Part shown: one piece after another, positions 61,779-64,000 of the stretch
Layout of the letters: every line of letters starts with the position of its first letter
Position numbering within the stretch: position 1 is the first letter of the stretch
NCBI RefSeq assembly: GCF_009914755.1
Contig: NC_060944.1
DNA: 64,000 bases
Source of the DNA: the human T2T-CHM13v2.0 reference genome, Homo sapiens
Direction: 5' to 3' (one strand)
The notes under the pieces: model-generated
What the model was told of the DNA's origin: nothing
Databases searched by the model: none
What the model saw: only the letters and a program-made list of their open reading frames with translations
Translations under genes and position numbers: made by a program

Positions 61779-62093
<315 letters not shown>

Positions 62094-62126
62094 TTAATTT
62101 TTAATTGGTATATTTAGACCATTTAC

Positions 62127-62430
<304 letters not shown>

Positions 62431-62734
62431 GACCATTTACATTTAACATAAATATTGATATTGCTGGGTTTGAACATACATCTTGTTTGTTTTATATTGT
62501 TGGCTTATTAATTATAAGTCCTTTATAGTGGTTGCTTATAGTGTGCACATTTAACTTATCCCAGTCTACTGTTCAAAAATAACATTGTAGTTTATGTATG
62601 TAACAAGCTCTTAAAATAGTATATTTTCATTTTTCTCCTTTGGCTATGTGTTATTTTTGTCACACTATTATCTTTACATAAATTGTAGACCCTACAATAC
62701 ATTGTTATAAATTTTGCTTTAAATAATCAGTTAT

Positions 62735-63890
62735 CTTTTTCCCTTTCATTTTTAGTTGATACATAATAATTGTACATATTTATGGGACACAGAGTGATAT
62801 TTTCATAGATGCATACAATGTGTAGTGATCAAATCAGAGTAATTAGGATTACAAACATTTATTTTTTTTGTGCTGGGAACATTTGAAATTCTCTCTTCTA
62901 GATTTATAATATATACAATAAGTTATTGTCAACTATTTTTCTCCACAGTGCCATAGAACACTAGAACTTATTCTTTTCTAGCTGTAATTTTATATCTATT
63001 AATAAAACTCTGTCTTCTCCTCCCTGCTACATTTCCCAGCCTCTAGTAACCATAATTCTACTCTTTCCTTCTACTTCTGTGAGCTTTTTTGTTGTTGTTT
63101 CCACATGTGAGTAAGAACATGTGTTACCTTTCTGTGCCTGAGTTATTTCACTTAACATAATGGCCTTCAGGTTCATCCACGTTGCCATGGATTTTTCATT
63201 TTTTATTGATAAATAGTATTTTATTATACTTGTGTGTGTGTGTCTGTGTGTATGTATCAATCACATTTGCTTTATCCACTTATCTGTGGATGGACATTTA
63301 GATGAATTACGTATCTTAGCTATTGTGAATAGTGCTTCAATAAACATAGGTGTGCAGGTATCTCTTTGATATATTGATTTACTTTCTTTTGAATGAATAC
63401 CTATTAATGGGATTTCTGGATTATATGGTAGTTCTATTTTTAGTTTTTTGAGAGATGTCCATACTGTTTTCTATAATGGCCATACTAATTTACATCCCAC
63501 CAACAGTGTGTAGGAGTTCTCCTTTCTCCACATCCTTGCCAGCATTTTTTTTTTTTTTTTTGGTCTTTTTGATAATATCCATTCTAACTGGGGCGAGATG
63601 ATATCTCATGTAGTTTTAATTTGCATTTCCCTGATGATTAGTGATGTGGAGCATCACTAAAACAAGTTTGATGTTTAAACTTGTTGGGCATTTGTATGTC
63701 TTCTTTTGGAAAATGTTTACTTAGATTCTTTGCCCATTTACAAATGGGATTATTTTTTATTTGCTATCAAATTGTTGGAGCTCCTTATATATTCTGGATA
63801 TTAGTTCCTTCTTGGATGAATAGCTTGCAAATATTTTCTTCCGTCCTACAGGTTATCTCTTTACTATGTTGATTGTTTCTTTTGTTGTTA
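62735..63890 (-). mobile_element. L1MA-like 3' end nested in older L1
   Basis: TAGTTGATACATAATAATTGTACATATTTATGGG...; degenerate TSD ...TCA(G/A)TTATCTTTT at ~62727 and ~63895. Confidence 0.85.
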
Positions 63891-64000
63891 ATAGTCAATT
63901 ATCTTTTAAAGGTATTTCAAAAATAGGAAAAACATCTGGTATATTTATCATTTCCAGTGCTCTCCATTCGTTTCCATCCATATTTCCATTTAGTATCACT

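Overview
This is AT-rich primate (human-like) genomic DNA with no supportable protein-coding exon; a large fraction is interspersed repeat (about 25 Alus, many L1 fragments, MIR/L2, MaLR LTRs, Tigger/MER DNA transposons). The one gene-level landmark is a non-coding first exon on the minus strand (~2760->2547, ending in a canonical CTG|GTAAGT donor). I recognise it from memory as the 5' UTR exon of FLRT3. That would place the whole window in the giant intron of MACROD2 (plus strand, human 20p12.1), with 1-2546 being FLRT3 intron 1 and >2760 its promoter/upstream region; this assignment needs BLAT confirmation. A retroposed U6 snRNA pseudogene with TSDs lies at 17471-17574. All ORFs in the supplied track are best explained as Alu/L1-derived or chance. 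I found no evidence of a new multi-gene biological system. The most interesting sequence-level observations are: a 5-codon uORF in the FLRT3 leader; a dense nuclear-receptor half-site cluster with a perfect DR2 (39428-39593); a POU4/Brn3-like palindrome in repeat-free DNA; four fold-back/templated-insertion repair scars inside old L1s; several very closely spaced inverted Alu pairs; and isolated perfect hairpins. Repeat subfamily names and boundaries were assigned by eye and are approximate.
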